Source: an uncultured delta proteobacterium (GTDB taxonomy: Bacteria > Myxococcota_A > Polyangia > Polyangiales > Polyangiaceae). From it: a DNA stretch of 64,000 nucleotides. The DNA lies in NCBI GenBank assembly GCA_963716725.1, contig CAVQUB010000015.1, positions 32,001 through 96,000 on the forward strand, given 5' to 3'. Position 1 is the first letter of the stretch, and every line of letters starts with the position of its first letter. Shown here piece after piece: positions 1 through 10,854 of this stretch. The position numbers were made by a program, and so were the translations under genes. Below the pieces are notes generated by a model. That model did no database searches. It was not told the DNA's origin and was given only the letters and a program-made list of their open reading frames with translations.

Positions 1-1
1 C

Positions 2-1200
<1,199 letters not shown>

Positions 1201-1204
<4 letters not shown>

Positions 1205-2925
1205 CCGATCCGCTCGTGGCGCTCGCGCCCGTATTGCGAAGCGCCATCGAAAGGGCTTTCGGTGCTGAGCTCGCGGACACCGATCCGGTGCTGCGCTCGT
1301 CCCAACACGCTGACTTTCAGGCGAACCTGGCGCTGCCCCTGGGCAAGCGGCTGGGCCGGCCACCGCGGGAAGTGGCGGCGGCGCTGGTCGCCGAGATCCC
1401 AACCAGCGATCTAGTGACCAAGACCGAAATCGCAGGGCCAGGGTTCATCAACCTCCACGTCGGCAGCGCCTGGCTGTCGCGGGCCCTCGCCGACGTCGGG
1501 CGAGGCAGCCTGGGTCTGGAGGCGACGACGAGCGTCGAGAACGTCGCCATCGACTACTCGTCGCCCAACGTCGCCAAGGAGATGCACGTCGGTCACCTGC
1601 GCTCGACCATCATCGGCGACGCCCTGGCTCGAGTGCTCGAGGCCCAAGGGCACCGCGTGGTGCGGCAAAATCACCTGGGGGATTGGGGCACGCCCTTCGG
1701 TATGCTGATCGAGCACCTGGTGGATGGCGGCGCCGAGAGCGCCGAGCACTCGGTGCGGGACTTGAATGCGTTCTACCAGGCGGCGCGCAAGAAGTTCGAC
1801 GACGATCCGAGCTTCGCCGATCGCGCGCGTCGACGGGTCGTGCTCTTGCAGGGCGGCGACGCTGACACGCTGTCGCTGTGGAAGAAGCTGGTCGAAGCCT
1901 CGAAGTCGTACTTCGCCAACGTGTACGCGCTGCTCGGGATCAGCCTCGGCGACGCCGACGTCGCGGGCGAGAGCCTGTACAACCCGATGCTCGCCGGGGT
2001 GGTGAAGGACCTTCGCGCCAAGGGCCTCGCGGTGGACAGCGACGGCGCCGTCTGTGTGTTTCCGCCGGGGTTCTCCGGTCGAGACGGCGAGCCGCTGCCG
2101 CTCATCATCCAGAAGCAAGACGGCGGCTATGGCTACGCGACCACCGATCTGGCGGCGGTGCGCTACCGCGTGGAGAAGCTGGGCGCTTCGCGCATCGTCT
2201 ACGTGGTTGGATCGCCGCAGGCCCAGCACCTCGCCATGGTCTTCGAGGCTGCGAAGCTCGCGGGATGGCTCCCGCCAGCGACTCGAGCCGAGCACGTGGC
2301 CTTCGGATCGGTGCTCGGAGCCGACAAGAAGATGCTCAAGACGCGCGCCGGGCAGACCACCCGGCTCATCGATCTGCTCGACGAAGCCGTCAGCCGCGCG
2401 CGCGCCATCGTCGCGGAGAAGAACCCGGGCCTCGAAGCGAGCGAGCAGGAGGCCATTGCTCGCGCCGTCGGTATCGGCGCCGTGAAATATGCGGATCTCT
2501 CCAGCGACCGCATCAAAGATTACGTCTTCGACTGGGATCGCATGCTGGCCTTCGAGGGCAACACGGCGCCCTACTTGCAGTACGCCCACGCGCGCATTCG
2601 CTCGATCTTTCGCAAGGGTGAGGCCGCGGTGCCGGCTCCCGACTCCATTGTCGTGGTCGCGCCTGCCGAGCGCGCGCTGGCGCTCCGACTGCTCGCCTTC
2701 CCCAGCGTGGTGGCCGACGTCGCGGCGACCCTGCACCCGCACAAGCTGTGCGGCTACCTGTTCGAGCTCGCGTCGGCCTTCAGCACGTTTTACGAGAGCT
2801 GTCCGGTGTTGAAAGCCAACACGCCGGCCGAGCGGGACTCGCGGCTGGCGCTCTCGGATCTCACCGCCCGCGTCATCGAGCGCGGCCTCGGCCTGCTGGG
2901 CATCGAAGCGCCCGCCCGCATGTGA
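1201..2925 (+). CDS. argS: Arginine--tRNA ligase
   Basis: [23 protein letters not shown] (HIGH-like), KMLKTR and [14 protein letters not shown]; the GTG start overlaps the fumarase stop. Confidence 0.97.
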
Positions 2926-2937
2926 GCGCGCTGGGGC

Positions 2938-3357
2938 TCACGCGGCGATGGGCGGGCGATCCAGGTTGGCCACCCGCTTCGGTGGCGGCTCGCGCAGCAC
3001 GTAGAGCGCCACGTAGAGCGGCAAGGCGAAGGGGCCGGCGAACAAGAAGCCTGCGAGCCACACGGCGACCGCCCACCCCGGCAAGCGCGGGTCGCGGGTG
3101 GCGTGAACGGCGAGCAGCACCGTCAGGGCCAGCTCGAGCAAGGCAATGCTGACGACGACCACGCCAAACGCGATCCAGTGCTCGGCGCCGAAGGGACCGT
3201 CGAGCAGGCCACCGACCGGATCCGGTGGGGCGCGCAGCCCCCGAGTCCGGAGGTCATGGCTGATCAGCTCGTAGCTGACGTAGCACCCGAGCACGACCGC
3301 AGCGACGATGGGTGTCACAGCGGCGCAGCCGAGGCCGAGTTTGGTGGGGGTCTTCAC
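2938..3357 (-). CDS. Small membrane protein (about 3 TM), hypothetical
   Basis: 139-aa ORF with three hydrophobic segments that fills the gap between neighbouring genes. Confidence 0.7.
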   Translation of the reverse strand: MKTPTKLGLGCAAVTPIVAAVVLGCYVSYELISHDLRTRGLRAPPDPVGGLLDGPFGAEHWIAFGVVVVSIALLELALTVLLAVHATRDPRLPGWAVAVWLAGFLFAGPFALPLYVALYVLREPPPKRVANLDRPPIAA

Positions 3358-3450
3358 GCGAGCGGGGACATGCTAAGGCGAAACGCCCGCGCAACAACTG
3401 CGGATCGTCCCCCGTTGTCGGGGCCCAGATCACGAGTTAGCGTTTCTCGC

Positions 3451-5583
3451 ATGGACGCCCTTTGGCAGCGGGTGCTCGATCGACAACCCAGCGCTGTGGT
3501 CGGGGCCATGGCGGAGGAGCCGGCGCACGACCCACCGCTGGTAGTGATCCGCGTGGACTGCAAGGCGCACGCCGCCCCCCTGGGGGCGCTCTCCGAGCTG
3601 CGGGAGCGCGCCTGCCAAATCGCCGAGCCCTCATCGACGGCGCTGCTGGATCAGGCGGCGCAACGCGTCTGGACCGGGCTCCGGCGGCGGTTGTTGGGCG
3701 ACATGCCCGACCGAGATCCCGGCGCCGCGGTCGTCGAGGCTCTCAACCACCTGTGCGCGGAGGACACCCGCCCCATCGCCGTGGTGCTCGAGCGCGCCGA
3801 GGACCTCGATGCGGCGTCGGCTCTCGCGTTGGGCCATGTGCTCGAACGCCCCGGGTGGCTCCAGATCCCCGTCGTGCTGCACTTTCACGGCCCCGTCGCC
3901 GACGGGCAGGGTCAGCGCTTGCTCGATCTTCTCCGGCGGCACTACGGCGACGACTCCATCCTGGTGGGGGACGCGGCGGAGCTGGGGGCCAGCGTCCCAC
4001 CCCAGCGCGTCGAGCTGCCGGCCGACGTGAGACGCGTGATCCGTGCTGCGGCGGTGATCGGCCCGAGCTTCGAGGTCCCGCTGGTCGCGGCCCTGCTCGC
4101 AGAGCCCGAGTTCGACGTGCTCTACGCGTTGCAGATCGCCAAGGACCTCGGCGTTCCGCTGAGCGACGCGGGCGGCGGTCAGATGCAGCTCTCCGAGGCC
4201 TTCACCGAGGCCGAGCGCCGAGCGCTCTTGCCGTCGCTGTCGAGCGCCTGGCACAAGCGTCTCGCGCGGCTGCTCGCCGAGCGCGTGCGCTCGCGGCGCA
4301 GTGAGGCGTCGCCTCCATCGGCGAACCGATCGGCGGAGACTCGGTCGGAGGTTCCACCGCCACAGACCACTCCGCCTCCGCCCATGCCCCGCCCTTCGGC
4401 GCCACCGCCTTCGATGTCGGCCCAGCGCGCGCGCCCGGGACGCGCAGCGCGCCACGCCGAGGCGGCTGGCGACGTGGATCTGGCGGCGGAACAGTACGTC
4501 GCAGCCTCGCACCGCGCGGCCGAGGAAGGCGCGCACCAGCACGCGGTGGATCTGTCAAACCGGGCGCTGGAGTTGCTCGGCCGGACGGCGGTCACCTCCA
4601 AGCGGCGACTGCTCCGCGTGATGGCGCTCCTGGCGCAGGCTCGCGTGAAGTGGCGAGCGCAAGTCGAGGGCGAAGCGAGCGGGCTTTCCGATGCCCTCGA
4701 GCTCCTGGGAGAGTGCGGCGCGCGCCTCCTGCCCACCGATCCGGTGGAGTTGCGGGCGGAGGTCGCGGCGCTCTCCGCCGCGGTGCACTACGACATCGGC
4801 GACGCCGCCTCCCTCGACAAGGCGCTCGCGGAGCTGGGCGAGGCCAGCCACGCCTTGCTCGAGGCGGGCAAGCCCCTGGATGCCGCGCGCTTGCTCAACG
4901 ACGAAGCCGCCGTCTGGGTTCGCGCGGGCGATCCAGTGCGTGCTCATCACTTGTTGAAGAAGTCGCGGGAGATCTTCGCCGAGCGCGCGGAGGCCGATCC
5001 GGCCGCGCGCTTCGAGCTGGCCGAGACGGAACATCTGCTCGGGAGACTCGTGCTGCACGCGCCGCCCCGGCCAGGCCACGAGCGAGACGCCCTAGAGGTG
5101 GGCATCGAGCATGCGTCCCGCGCGGTGCCGGTGTTCCAAGCGCTCGACAAGCCGACGGAGTTGGGTCGGGTCTGGGAGACCCTGGGGCGCCTCGAGATGG
5201 CGGTGGGTCGCCCGCGCGAGGCCATCGATCACCTGGCCGCAGCCGCCGAGTTGCAGCAGCGCATCTTGGACGTGATCGGCTTGGCGCGCACCAGCGCGGC
5301 CCTCGCCGACATCGCCCGCGACGGCGGGGACTACGAACGCGCCATCGTGTTGCTCGGCGGATCCATCGAGCTGAACCTCGACAAAGGCTCGCCCCTCGGC
5401 CTGGCCTTCAATCGTCGCACGCTCGGGACGCTGCTCCGGCAGCTCTCGAGTTCCGAGCGTCGCGATCTGCACGACGAACTGTCGCGAGTGGCCCAGCGGC
5501 TCGAAGTAGCCGAGGGCGCCATTGGCCGTATCGATCTGCCCGAAGAGGCGCTCGGCATGCGCCACAGCCAGCGGCCCAAGTAG
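3451..5583 (+). CDS. TPR-repeat protein with a degenerate STAND/AAA-like N-terminal region
   Basis: Helical A/L/E-rich repeats at the C-terminus; IAVVLERAEDLD resembles a decayed Walker B and RAAAVIGPSFE resembles STAND winged-helix segments; no Walker A seen. Confidence 0.65.
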   Translation: MDALWQRVLDRQPSAVVGAMAEEPAHDPPLVVIRVDCKAHAAPLGALSELRERACQIAEPSSTALLDQAAQRVWTGLRRRLLGDMPDRDPGAAVVEALNHLCAEDTRPIAVVLERAEDLDAASALALGHVLERPGWLQIPVVLHFHGPVADGQGQRLLDLLRRHYGDDSILVGDAAELGASVPPQRVELPADVRRVIRAAAVIGPSFEVPLVAALLAEPEFDVLYALQIAKDLGVPLSDAGGGQMQLSEAFTEAERRALLPSLSSAWHKRLARLLAERVRSRRSEASPPSANRSAETRSEVPPPQTTPPPPMPRPSAPPPSMSAQRARPGRAARHAEAAGDVDLAAEQYVAASHRAAEEGAHQHAVDLSNRALELLGRTAVTSKRRLLRVMALLAQARVKWRAQVEGEASGLSDALELLGECGARLLPTDPVELRAEVAALSAAVHYDIGDAASLDKALAELGEASHALLEAGKPLDAARLLNDEAAVWVRAGDPVRAHHLLKKSREIFAERAEADPAARFELAETEHLLGRLVLHAPPRPGHERDALEVGIEHASRAVPVFQALDKPTELGRVWETLGRLEMAVGRPREAIDHLAAAAELQQRILDVIGLARTSAALADIARDGGDYERAIVLLGGSIELNLDKGSPLGLAFNRRTLGTLLRQLSSSERRDLHDELSRVAQRLEVAEGAIGRIDLPEEALGMRHSQRPK

Positions 5584-5593
5584 TCGCGCTGGC

Positions 5594-6283
5594 ATGATCC
5601 CAATCCTGTATCGAGACGACTCGCTCCTAGTCGTGAACAAACCTGCGGGCCTGTTGACGCACCGCAGCCACCTCGCGCCGGACACGGACGTGGCGATGAT
5701 GCGCGCGCGAGACACCATCGGCGCCCACGTGTGGCCGCTGCATCGCCTCGACCGCGGTACCAGCGGTGCGCTCGCCTTCGGCCTCGACGAGGACGCCGCA
5801 CGGGAATGGCAACGGCAGATCGAGGCGGCCACGATCCACAAGGTCTACGTCGCGCTGGTGCGCGGCGTGGCCCCGGAGGCCATCGTGGTAGATCACCCCG
5901 TGCCACGCAGCGAAGGTGGCGAGCGGGTCCCGGCGCTCACGGCGTTCAAGCGCCTGTGGGCGGGCGAGCACGTCTCGCTCATGGAGGCGCGGCCGACCAC
6001 CGGCAGGTTTCACCAGATCCGGCGCCACCTCTCGCACCTCCGGCACCCCATCGCCTGCGACTCGAACTACGGGACGGGCTGGTTCAACCGGAAGATCCGC
6101 GCGACGACCCCCCTCGCTCGACTGGGTCTTCACGCGCTTTGTCTCAGCTTTTCTCGGCCGGAAGGCGTCCGCGCGGTCCGGGCGCCGCTGGCCGACGACC
6201 TCGCCGGCGCGCTGCGGATGCTCGGCGTGCCGGACGAGCTGGTGAGCGAGCTCGAGGCGGGTGGGTGTAGCATCGGCGCATGA
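5594..6283 (+). CDS. RluA/TruC-family RNA pseudouridine synthase
   Basis: VNKPAGL, catalytic HRLDRGTSG, TGRFHQIRRHL, LHA. Confidence 0.93.
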   Translation: MIPILYRDDSLLVVNKPAGLLTHRSHLAPDTDVAMMRARDTIGAHVWPLHRLDRGTSGALAFGLDEDAAREWQRQIEAATIHKVYVALVRGVAPEAIVVDHPVPRSEGGERVPALTAFKRLWAGEHVSLMEARPTTGRFHQIRRHLSHLRHPIACDSNYGTGWFNRKIRATTPLARLGLHALCLSFSRPEGVRAVRAPLADDLAGALRMLGVPDELVSELEAGGCSIGA

Positions 6284-7677
6284 GCGCGACTCGTTGGGCG
6301 GGACTCGGGCTGGCGGTCGCAATCGGACTCGCAACGTCGTCGTGCGGCGATGACGGTGACGGTGGCGGATCGTCCTCGACGGGAGGCACGGGCGCCGGGG
6401 GTGCCGGTGGGTCGGGCGGCAACGTGACGACCGGCGGCGCTGCGGGAGCCGGCGGTACGTCGACCGGAGGCGGCGGAGCGGGTGGCGCCAGCGGAGCGGG
6501 CGGTGCCGGCGGCAGCGGCGGAGGCGTGAGTTGTCTCGCGGGAGCGTTCCTGGCGGGCATCGGCAAGTCGAAGGTGTTGGTCGGCGCTGCGATGGAGGAC
6601 GACATCGCCAAGGCGGCGCCCTTCGATCTGCGCTACCAATACCTCGCCGGGGGCATCGCCGACGGTGCGGGGCCGTGCTCCAAGTGCGACACCGGTTGCA
6701 CGGTCGGCGGGACGAGTTGCGCAAACAGCGGCCCCGGTTGCGGGTGGTGGGGGTGTTGGCAGTACGACCAGGATCCGCCGGGCGCCTTCGTGCGCGGCTT
6801 TGTGGGCAAGGTGAAGGCGGACAAGCAGATCCCGATGATCACCTATTACGTGCTGCTTCAGGCCAGCGGAGTCGCCGAGGGCGCTGCCGAGGTGACCAAG
6901 GCGAACGACGCCAGCTTCATGGCGCGTTACTACGCGGACTTTCGCTTCGTGACGCAGCAGGTGGGGACCGACGTCGCGCTGCTGCACATCGAGCCCGACT
7001 TCTGGGGCTACGCCCAGCAGATCAACGACGACGCTACCAAGATCCCGGCGGCGGTCGCCAGCGCGAATCCGACCGACTGTGCCGCGTTGCCCGACACCAT
7101 CGCGGGCATGGGTCAGTGCATGATCGCGATGAGCAAGAAGTACGCGCCGAACGCCAAGGTCAGCCTGCATGCGTCGGGCTGGGCGACGAAATTCGACGTG
7201 CTCTTGAACAAGGACTCGGGCTTCGACGTGGCCGGGCACGCGGCCAAGCTCGGCAAGTTCATTGCGGCGGCGGGGCCCAACGCGGACTTCGTTACGGTCG
7301 ACGCCTCCGACCGCGACGCCGCCTGGTATGAGTCGCAGGGCCAAAACCGCTGGTGGGACGCGACCAACGCGACGCTGCCCAACTTCCACCAAGCCTTCGT
7401 ATGGGCCAAGGCGCTGGCTGAGAGCGCGAAGAAGCCCGTGCTCTGGTGGCAGCTGCCGGTCGGCAACATGAGCCTCACCAACAAGACCGATCAGTGGAAG
7501 GACAACCGCGTCGACTACTTGATGACCCACATGAACGAGGTCGCCGCGGCGCACGGTCTCGGGGTCGCGTTCGGATCGGGCATGGGCGGGCAGACCACCC
7601 CGAGCACCGACGGCGGAAACCTGGTGAGCAAAGTGAAGGCCCACGCCAGCGGCGGGGGGCAGGCCGCGTGCCCCTGA
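6280..7677 (+). CDS. Lipoprotein with Gly-rich linker and putative glycoside-hydrolase-like domain
   Basis: Signal peptide ending ATSSC, Gly/Ser/Thr linker, then an aromatic-rich alpha/beta domain with LLHIEPDFWGY and PVLWWQ. Confidence 0.7.
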   Translation: MSATRWAGLGLAVAIGLATSSCGDDGDGGGSSSTGGTGAGGAGGSGGNVTTGGAAGAGGTSTGGGGAGGASGAGGAGGSGGGVSCLAGAFLAGIGKSKVLVGAAMEDDIAKAAPFDLRYQYLAGGIADGAGPCSKCDTGCTVGGTSCANSGPGCGWWGCWQYDQDPPGAFVRGFVGKVKADKQIPMITYYVLLQASGVAEGAAEVTKANDASFMARYYADFRFVTQQVGTDVALLHIEPDFWGYAQQINDDATKIPAAVASANPTDCAALPDTIAGMGQCMIAMSKKYAPNAKVSLHASGWATKFDVLLNKDSGFDVAGHAAKLGKFIAAAGPNADFVTVDASDRDAAWYESQGQNRWWDATNATLPNFHQAFVWAKALAESAKKPVLWWQLPVGNMSLTNKTDQWKDNRVDYLMTHMNEVAAAHGLGVAFGSGMGGQTTPSTDGGNLVSKVKAHASGGGQAACP

Positions 7678-7681
7678 GGGC

Positions 7682-8506
7682 TCAGGGGCAGTCCCACTTC
7701 GGCCCACTGTTATAGCGGCAGCGACAGTACGAGTTGCCGTAGACGCACACCGAACTGTACGCCGCGCACTGCGAGTCGTCGGCGGGCTTCGGCGTGGGGC
7801 AAGCGGCGCAATACCACTTGTCGTCGTAGTCCCTGCAACCGCAGACGGTGCTGGCGTACTTGCACACCAGGTTGCCGTTGTTGCACGCCACGCCGTTGCC
7901 TGGGGGCGATCCGGGACAGGTGCCGCACTTCCACGAGCCCCCCCAGCAGGAGCACTGGTTCGAACCGTATTTGCATCCCGTCACCGGCGTCGTGCAGCTG
8001 CCCGAGGGCTGGGCCACGGGGCACGCACTCACGCCCGTGCCGCCGCTGCCGCCGCTGGTGGTCCCGCCGCTGCCGCCGCTGGTGGTCCCGCCGCTGCCGC
8101 CGCTGGTGGTCCCGCCGCTGCCGCCGCTGGTGGTCCCGCCGCTGCCGCCGCTGGTGGTCCCGCCGCTGCCGCCGCTGGTGGTCCCGCCGCTGCCGCCGCT
8201 GGTGGTCCCGCCCGCACCTGCTGCCCCGCCGCTGCCGCCGCTGGTGGTCCCGCCCGCACCTGCTGCCCCGCCGCCGGTGGCCCCGCTGCTGCCGCCGGCG
8301 TCAGCTCCCGCGCTGCCGCCCGTTCCCGAGGTCCCGCCACTCCCCGACGCTCCGCCGGAGGCCCAGGCGCTGCCCGAGCCGGACGTGCCACCGCTCGTCG
8401 CTCCTCCGGAGCCGCCCGTCGCCGCGGAGCTGAGCTCGCCTTCGCCCGTCAGCCCGCAGGCGAAGGCGCCGATGAGTGCGAGTCCAGTGAGCCATACGCC
8501 TCGCAT
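7682..8506 (-). CDS. Gly-rich lipoprotein with three Cys-rich repeats
   Basis: Lipobox-like GAFAC, GGTTSGGS repeats, then three CP..C..CxY..CxC..WxC modules. Confidence 0.8.
   Translation of the reverse strand: MRGVWLTGLALIGAFACGLTGEGELSSAATGGSGGATSGGTSGSGSAWASGGASGSGGTSGTGGSAGADAGGSSGATGGGAAGAGGTTSGGSGGAAGAGGTTSGGSGGTTSGGSGGTTSGGSGGTTSGGSGGTTSGGSGGTTSGGSGGTTSGGSGGTGVSACPVAQPSGSCTTPVTGCKYGSNQCSCWGGSWKCGTCPGSPPGNGVACNNGNLVCKYASTVCGCRDYDDKWYCAACPTPKPADDSQCAAYSSVCVYGNSYCRCRYNSGPKWDCP
8040..8207. repeat. Coding tandem repeat, 24 bp x7
   Basis: Unit ccgccgctgccgccgctggtggtc encodes GGTTSGGS on the minus strand. Confidence 0.95.
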
Positions 8507-8526
8507 GACTTCCCAGCTTACACCAT

Positions 8527-9375
8527 CTAGTCCGTCGGCGCGTCAGCGCAGCAGCGGAATCCGGTCTCGGGTCCATGGTACCAGGCGTCGTGTTTCGTTT
8601 GCGCGGCGCGGCAGTGGTTCCGGCTCGGCTGCCAGTACGCGCCCTTCATCGCTGGCTCGGTGGGGCCTAGCCCGCGTGGATCGCGCGCGACCATCTCTTC
8701 GACGTTGCCCGCCATGTCGCGCACTCCGAAGGGGCTCACGCAGCGCGGGTGTGAGCCCGGCGGGACGCGGTGGTCGATCAGCTTGCCCTCCGGCGTCACC
8801 AGATCGCGTCGATCCGCGTTGCAGGCGCTGGCATCGCGACTGAGGCCATAGGGGTAGGGGAGCATCTCAGGGCCCTCGCAGGCGAAATTCCACTCGCTCT
8901 CGCGGCACACCCGCTTGCCCTCCGCGGCGCATTGCTTCTCGGCCATGCGCAGGCTCACGTGGTTGTCCGGCAGCGTCTCGCCCTGCTTCACGTGCTCGTC
9001 GCGGTCGATGCAGAAGCGCATTGGCCGCCGCTGGGATGACAGGCACTTCGAAGGCGCATATTCGGCGCAGCGGAAGCCGCTGAAGCGGCCCTTCTTCCCG
9101 TCCAGATCACGCACACACCTCTGCTCGACCTTGGGGCAGTAGTCGCCCACGGCGAGCACCATGCCGGTCGGGCAGGTCGCGGCCGGCGCGGTCGCGGGCG
9201 CTTCGGCCAACTGGGTCATCAGGCCGGGAGCCGGGGTCGTGGGCGTGGGATCCGCAGGAGGCTCGGCGGGGGCCGGCGCGGTCGAGCGAACACCGAGCCC
9301 GACGTTCGCCAGGGCGAGCGCGAGGAGAGACACGACGGCGGACCAGGGCGCCAGGGTCCGAAGCAGACTGAGCAT
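8527..9375 (-). CDS. Secreted SUMF1/FGE-sulfatase-domain protein
   Basis: Hydrophobic N-terminus; FCIDRDE, GKRVCRESEWNFACEG, DMAGNVEE and GFRCC. Confidence 0.88.
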   Translation of the reverse strand: MLSLLRTLAPWSAVVSLLALALANVGLGVRSTAPAPAEPPADPTPTTPAPGLMTQLAEAPATAPAATCPTGMVLAVGDYCPKVEQRCVRDLDGKKGRFSGFRCAEYAPSKCLSSQRRPMRFCIDRDEHVKQGETLPDNHVSLRMAEKQCAAEGKRVCRESEWNFACEGPEMLPYPYGLSRDASACNADRRDLVTPEGKLIDHRVPPGSHPRCVSPFGVRDMAGNVEEMVARDPRGLGPTEPAMKGAYWQPSRNHCRAAQTKHDAWYHGPETGFRCCADAPTD

Positions 9376-9585
9376 CGAGCTCGGTTCCCTTTCAAACGGC
9401 GTTCCAGGCCAGGGTAACACGACAAATGCCCGAAACCACTCGGTCGGCGATTTCTGCGTGCGCCAACCTGGCAGCAGGGGGTGCGGTCCGCTGCCCTCAG
9501 GTCGCGGGGTGCGGCCCACATTGCTCGGACAAACTGGGTCCGACCCGGGCGGCCTGGGATGGCGGGGCCGTGATATGCCGCCTCG

Positions 9586-10854
9586 GTGACGCCGATCAAG
9601 ATCGTCCACGCCGCCGATCTGCACCTCGACAGTCCGCTCAGCGGTCTCGAGCGGTACGAAGGCGCGCCGGTGCATCGGATCCGTGGCGCGACGCGGGCGG
9701 CCCTGGTCAACCTGGTGGAGCTCGCGCTCGATGAAGCGGCTTCGCTCGTGCTGCTGGCGGGCGACCTCTTCGACGACGACTGGAAGGACTACTCGACGGC
9801 GCTGTTCTTCCGGGCGCAGATGCGGCGCCTCGCGGACGCGCAAGTGAACGTGGTGTGGCTGCGCGGCAACCACGACGCCGCGAGTCAGCTCCAGAAGCAC
9901 CTCGACTTGCCCAAGACCGTGGTCGAACTCCCGTACAAGCAGGCCGACAGCAAGATCTTCGAGCAGCTCGGGGTCGTGGTCCACGGTCAGGGTTTCGCCA
10001 CCCGTTCCGTCGTCGACAACCTCGCGCTGTCCTATCCGGAGCCGCTTTCGGGCATGCTCAACATCGGCCTCTTGCACACCAGCGTCACCGGTCGCGAAGG
10101 GCACGCGCCCTATGCTCCCTGCGTGCTGTCGGACTTGGTGAACAAGGGCTACGACTATTGGGCGCTCGGTCACGTGCACCAGCGAGAGGTGCTCTGCGAG
10201 GACCCCTGGGTGGTGTTCCCCGGCAACATGCAGGGGCGCCACGTGCGCGAGCCTGGGGCCAAGGGGGCGACGCTGATCGAAGTTGTGGACGGCCGCATCA
10301 CCTCCGTCGAGCACCGCGCGCTCGACGTGGTGCGCTTCGGGATTTGCCGCGTCGACGCCAGCGCCGCGCGCAGCATGGACCAGGTGTTGGGCTCGGTGCG
10401 TGACGCGCTCAGGGCCGAGGTCTCGGCTGCGGAAGGTAGACTCGTGGCGTCGCGAATCGTGATCGAGGGCGCGACGGAATCCCACGGGGAGCTGGCGCGG
10501 GATCCAGAGCGCTTCGTCGCCGAGATCCGCGCTTCGGCCAGCGAGATCGGCGGCGACGATCTGTGGATCGAAAAGATCTGCCTGCTCACCCGGGACGTGA
10601 TCGATCTCGGCCACGTTCGCCTGCGCGATGACGCGATCGGACAGGTCTTCCGGGGGCTCTCCAGCCTGCGCGAGAGTGACGCGGGGAGGGTCGAGCTGGC
10701 GGCTGAACTGGCGACGCTCGGGAGCAAGCTGCCGCCGCCGCTCAGGAGCGGGCCTCTGGCGCTGGGCTGGGAAGCGTCGGCGGGCCTCGATGCGCTGCTC
10801 GACGACGTCGAACAGCTGTTGCTCTCCCGCCTGGCTCACGCGGGTGAGCCGTGA
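9586..10854 (+). CDS. YhaO/SbcD(Mre11)-like DNA repair exonuclease
   Basis: Metallophosphoesterase motifs HAADLHLD, AGDLFD, GNHD, LHTS and LGHVH, plus FPGNMQGR. Confidence 0.93.
   Translation: MTPIKIVHAADLHLDSPLSGLERYEGAPVHRIRGATRAALVNLVELALDEAASLVLLAGDLFDDDWKDYSTALFFRAQMRRLADAQVNVVWLRGNHDAASQLQKHLDLPKTVVELPYKQADSKIFEQLGVVVHGQGFATRSVVDNLALSYPEPLSGMLNIGLLHTSVTGREGHAPYAPCVLSDLVNKGYDYWALGHVHQREVLCEDPWVVFPGNMQGRHVREPGAKGATLIEVVDGRITSVEHRALDVVRFGICRVDASAARSMDQVLGSVRDALRAEVSAAEGRLVASRIVIEGATESHGELARDPERFVAEIRASASEIGGDDLWIEKICLLTRDVIDLGHVRLRDDAIGQVFRGLSSLRESDAGRVELAAELATLGSKLPPPLRSGPLALGWEASAGLDALLDDVEQLLLSRLAHAGEP

Noticed and set aside
9376..9585. Intergenic region with short hairpins as an ncRNA or riboswitch
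   Set aside because: No recognisable conserved motif; it fits a divergent promoter region in GC-rich DNA.
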